From the IMG/VR virus record IMGVR_UViG_3300030673_000004, positions 62,001 through 126,000 of that record: a DNA stretch of 64,000 bases. One strand, 5' to 3'. Numbering within the stretch: position 1 is the stretch's first letter; every line of letters starts with the position of its first letter. Below the pieces are notes generated by a model. The model saw nothing but the letters and a program-made list of their open reading frames with translations. It ran no database searches and was not told where the DNA came from. Position numbers and translations under genes: made by a program. Positions 62,381 to 64,000 of the stretch are shown piece after piece.

Positions 62381-63496
62381 ATGAAAAAGACATGGATTGC
62401 TACTAAGAATCAGGCCCCTGTATCGGGCAATGCGGCGTTTTCGCCTGAAAGTATTGCTCGCGCTGTTGGCGCTGAGGGTACTTGGTCGGCGGAAGCTGCT
62501 GTCGCTAATGATGGCGAGTTGAATGCTGGCAGCAAGCAGGAGCTTATGCGCCTTGCTGGCTTGCTTGCACAGGCAGCCGGTGCCGGTGTGGCTCAGGCTC
62601 ACGTAGAAGAAGATACTTCTGCCGACGAAGCAAAGCAAGCAATTGCTTCTGCTTTCTCCGATAAGGAAGGCCATCAGTGGCAGGCAGTTGGTGAGTATCT
62701 TGGTGACCAGGTCGAACAGACTCTTGGTCGTGTTGGATTTACTCGTCGTCTTCTGCAGTTCAAGCAGTTGGCTAAGGGTGAAGTGCCCCGTGTTCGCTTC
62801 CGTGAGCGTGACTCTGATGTGTACTTCTTGACCGATGACCCAACTGTTGTGGCTTCACAGCCTCGTCAGCAGTTTGAGTTCCCGCCCATTTTCAAGTTGG
62901 CCTTCCGCGCTAACATTGATGTGCAAGAAATTGCTCTTGATCCGGGTGACATCCTGGAAGATCGTTACAATGACGGTCTTGAGCAGTTGATGGTTGGTGA
63001 AGACCGTGCATTCAAGCGCTTGGCTGATACCGTTGCTCCTATGTACAACCCTTACGTGTTCTTCCCCTCATTGACTCCTGCAGTCTTCATGGGAATGAAG
63101 AACGAAGTTGAGAAGTGGGGTGGACTTCCTGTGACCAATACTCTTCTGAGCATTGATCTGTGGAATGATATCACAACTGATCAGGAGTTTGTATCATGGT
63201 GGTCCGAGATCTCGAAGCACGAGATCAACTTGGAAGGTAACTTGGGTCGTATCGGTGGTGTTGAGATCATCACTGATGGCTGGCGCAACAAGCGTTTCCA
63301 GGTGTTGAACAGCGGCGAAATCTATATGCTTTCGCACCCGAAGACCCTTGGTATGATCCTTCAGTTGGATCAGTTGGATGTTCAGTCCACCAATGGCTTC
63401 AACCTGGGACAGACATGGAAGGGCTGGCTGATGACTCAGATGGAGTCTATCGTCCTCCCCAACCCGTATGGTATCATTCGCGGTCAGCGCACCTGA
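62381..63496 (+). CDS. Probable major capsid protein
   Basis: AAGGAG RBS, strong codon bias, HK97-like layout (GFTRRLL..KQL..GEVPR, GNLGRIGGVEII, SGEIYML), followed by a terminator. Confidence 0.8.
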   Translation: MKKTWIATKNQAPVSGNAAFSPESIARAVGAEGTWSAEAAVANDGELNAGSKQELMRLAGLLAQAAGAGVAQAHVEEDTSADEAKQAIASAFSDKEGHQWQAVGEYLGDQVEQTLGRVGFTRRLLQFKQLAKGEVPRVRFRERDSDVYFLTDDPTVVASQPRQQFEFPPIFKLAFRANIDVQEIALDPGDILEDRYNDGLEQLMVGEDRAFKRLADTVAPMYNPYVFFPSLTPAVFMGMKNEVEKWGGLPVTNTLLSIDLWNDITTDQEFVSWWSEISKHEINLEGNLGRIGGVEIITDGWRNKRFQVLNSGEIYMLSHPKTLGMILQLDQLDVQSTNGFNLGQTWKGWLMTQMESIVLPNPYGIIRGQRT

Positions 63497-63518
63497 TATT
63501 AAGTTTGATATTTTTTAC

Positions 63519-63552
63519 AAGGGGCATTTGGGAAACCAAATGTCCTTTTTTG
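63519..63552 (+). terminator. Intrinsic terminator
   Basis: AAGGGGCATTTGG-GAAA-CCAAATGTCCTT followed by a T-run. Confidence 0.85.
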
Positions 63553-63590
63553 TTTTCACTTCTATTGGAAAACATATGTGAGGATTTGCC

Positions 63591-63890
63591 ATGGTTACAG
63601 AACGTGATATTTGTGTTCTTACAACGTATCTTAAAGATGCCGGTTGTTCTGACGTAGCTTTAGCTATGGAAATGGCTTTGTTCTCAGAAGAGTCTGCTGA
63701 TCTTGGTGAGGGTGTTACTGAGGCTGCTGCCGATACATCTGACGTGTCTTTAGGTTCTTTATCTTTAAGAATACCCCAGATATCTAGTGAGACAAAAGAT
63801 AGTTATCGTGTTATTGCGTCATCTCTGTTAAAAAACAGTAGTGTTGATGTACAGAAGCGTGCTCGTACTCTCTTGAAGGTTCTTGGTTAA
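63591..63890 (+). CDS. Hypothetical protein
   Basis: GAGGA RBS; 99 aa. Confidence 0.7.
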   Translation: MVTERDICVLTTYLKDAGCSDVALAMEMALFSEESADLGEGVTEAAADTSDVSLGSLSLRIPQISSETKDSYRVIASSLLKNSSVDVQKRARTLLKVLG

Positions 63891-63891
63891 T

Positions 63892-64000
63892 ATGGCAGGT
63901 CGTGGCTTTAGTGGATCTGTTCCTGTAGGTACTCCTGTATTTGTAAATGTTACAGGTACTAAAACTACATCTTTACTTGATTCTTATGGTAAACGAAATG
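63892..64000 (+). CDS. Partial protein running off the right edge
   Basis: ATG 1 nt after the previous stop; frame open (MAGRGFSGSVPVGTP...). Confidence 0.6.
   Translation, partial: MAGRGFSGSVPVGTPVFVNVTGTKTTSLLDSYGKRN

Noticed and set aside
61646-62674. 342-aa minus-strand ORF over the decoration and capsid genes
   Set aside because: Antisense shadow caused by strong codon bias in the plus-strand structural genes.

Overview
The window is a 64-kb piece of a large (jumbo-type) tailed phage genome. All assignments come from motif reading; no database search was run. Left arm (1-20.3 kb, minus strand): a type IIA topoisomerase pair whose A subunit carries a mini-intein, a pesticin-like muramidase, a class II glutamine amidotransferase, four phosphoesterases (one Apyc1-like) and three tandem amidoligase paralogs. 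20.4-26.4 kb (plus strand): a DNA ligase and a PolX-PHP that have both lost their catalytic residues, an HNH nuclease and an HhH glycosylase-like protein. Strand composition flips at about 26.4-26.9 kb regardless of gene direction, which marks a candidate bidirectional origin. 28-49 kb is an RNA island. It holds 33 of the window's 34 intact-looking tRNAs (Asp lies at 55.7 kb; all 20 amino acids are covered if 34067 is Ala; rare anticodons Leu-AAG, Ser-AGA, Ile-TAT), a tmRNA, several pseudo or atypical tRNAs, a ~1-kb ORF-poor structured region, and a Ro60/TROVE gene. The most notable system is that Ro60 gene with five (probably six) related Y-RNA-like elements, ranging from full YrlA-type tRNA mimics to 66-73 nt minimal forms. 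Also striking is a tRNA gene split by an insert that itself contains a complete tRNA-Ile(TAT). 49-58.6 kb holds small genes behind sigma70 promoters that share a palindromic spacer, including an RNA ligase, a macro domain, a dimeric dUTPase and a GGCT. The right end is the head module: protease, scaffold-like protein, decoration protein and major capsid protein. No rRNA or CRISPR array was seen.
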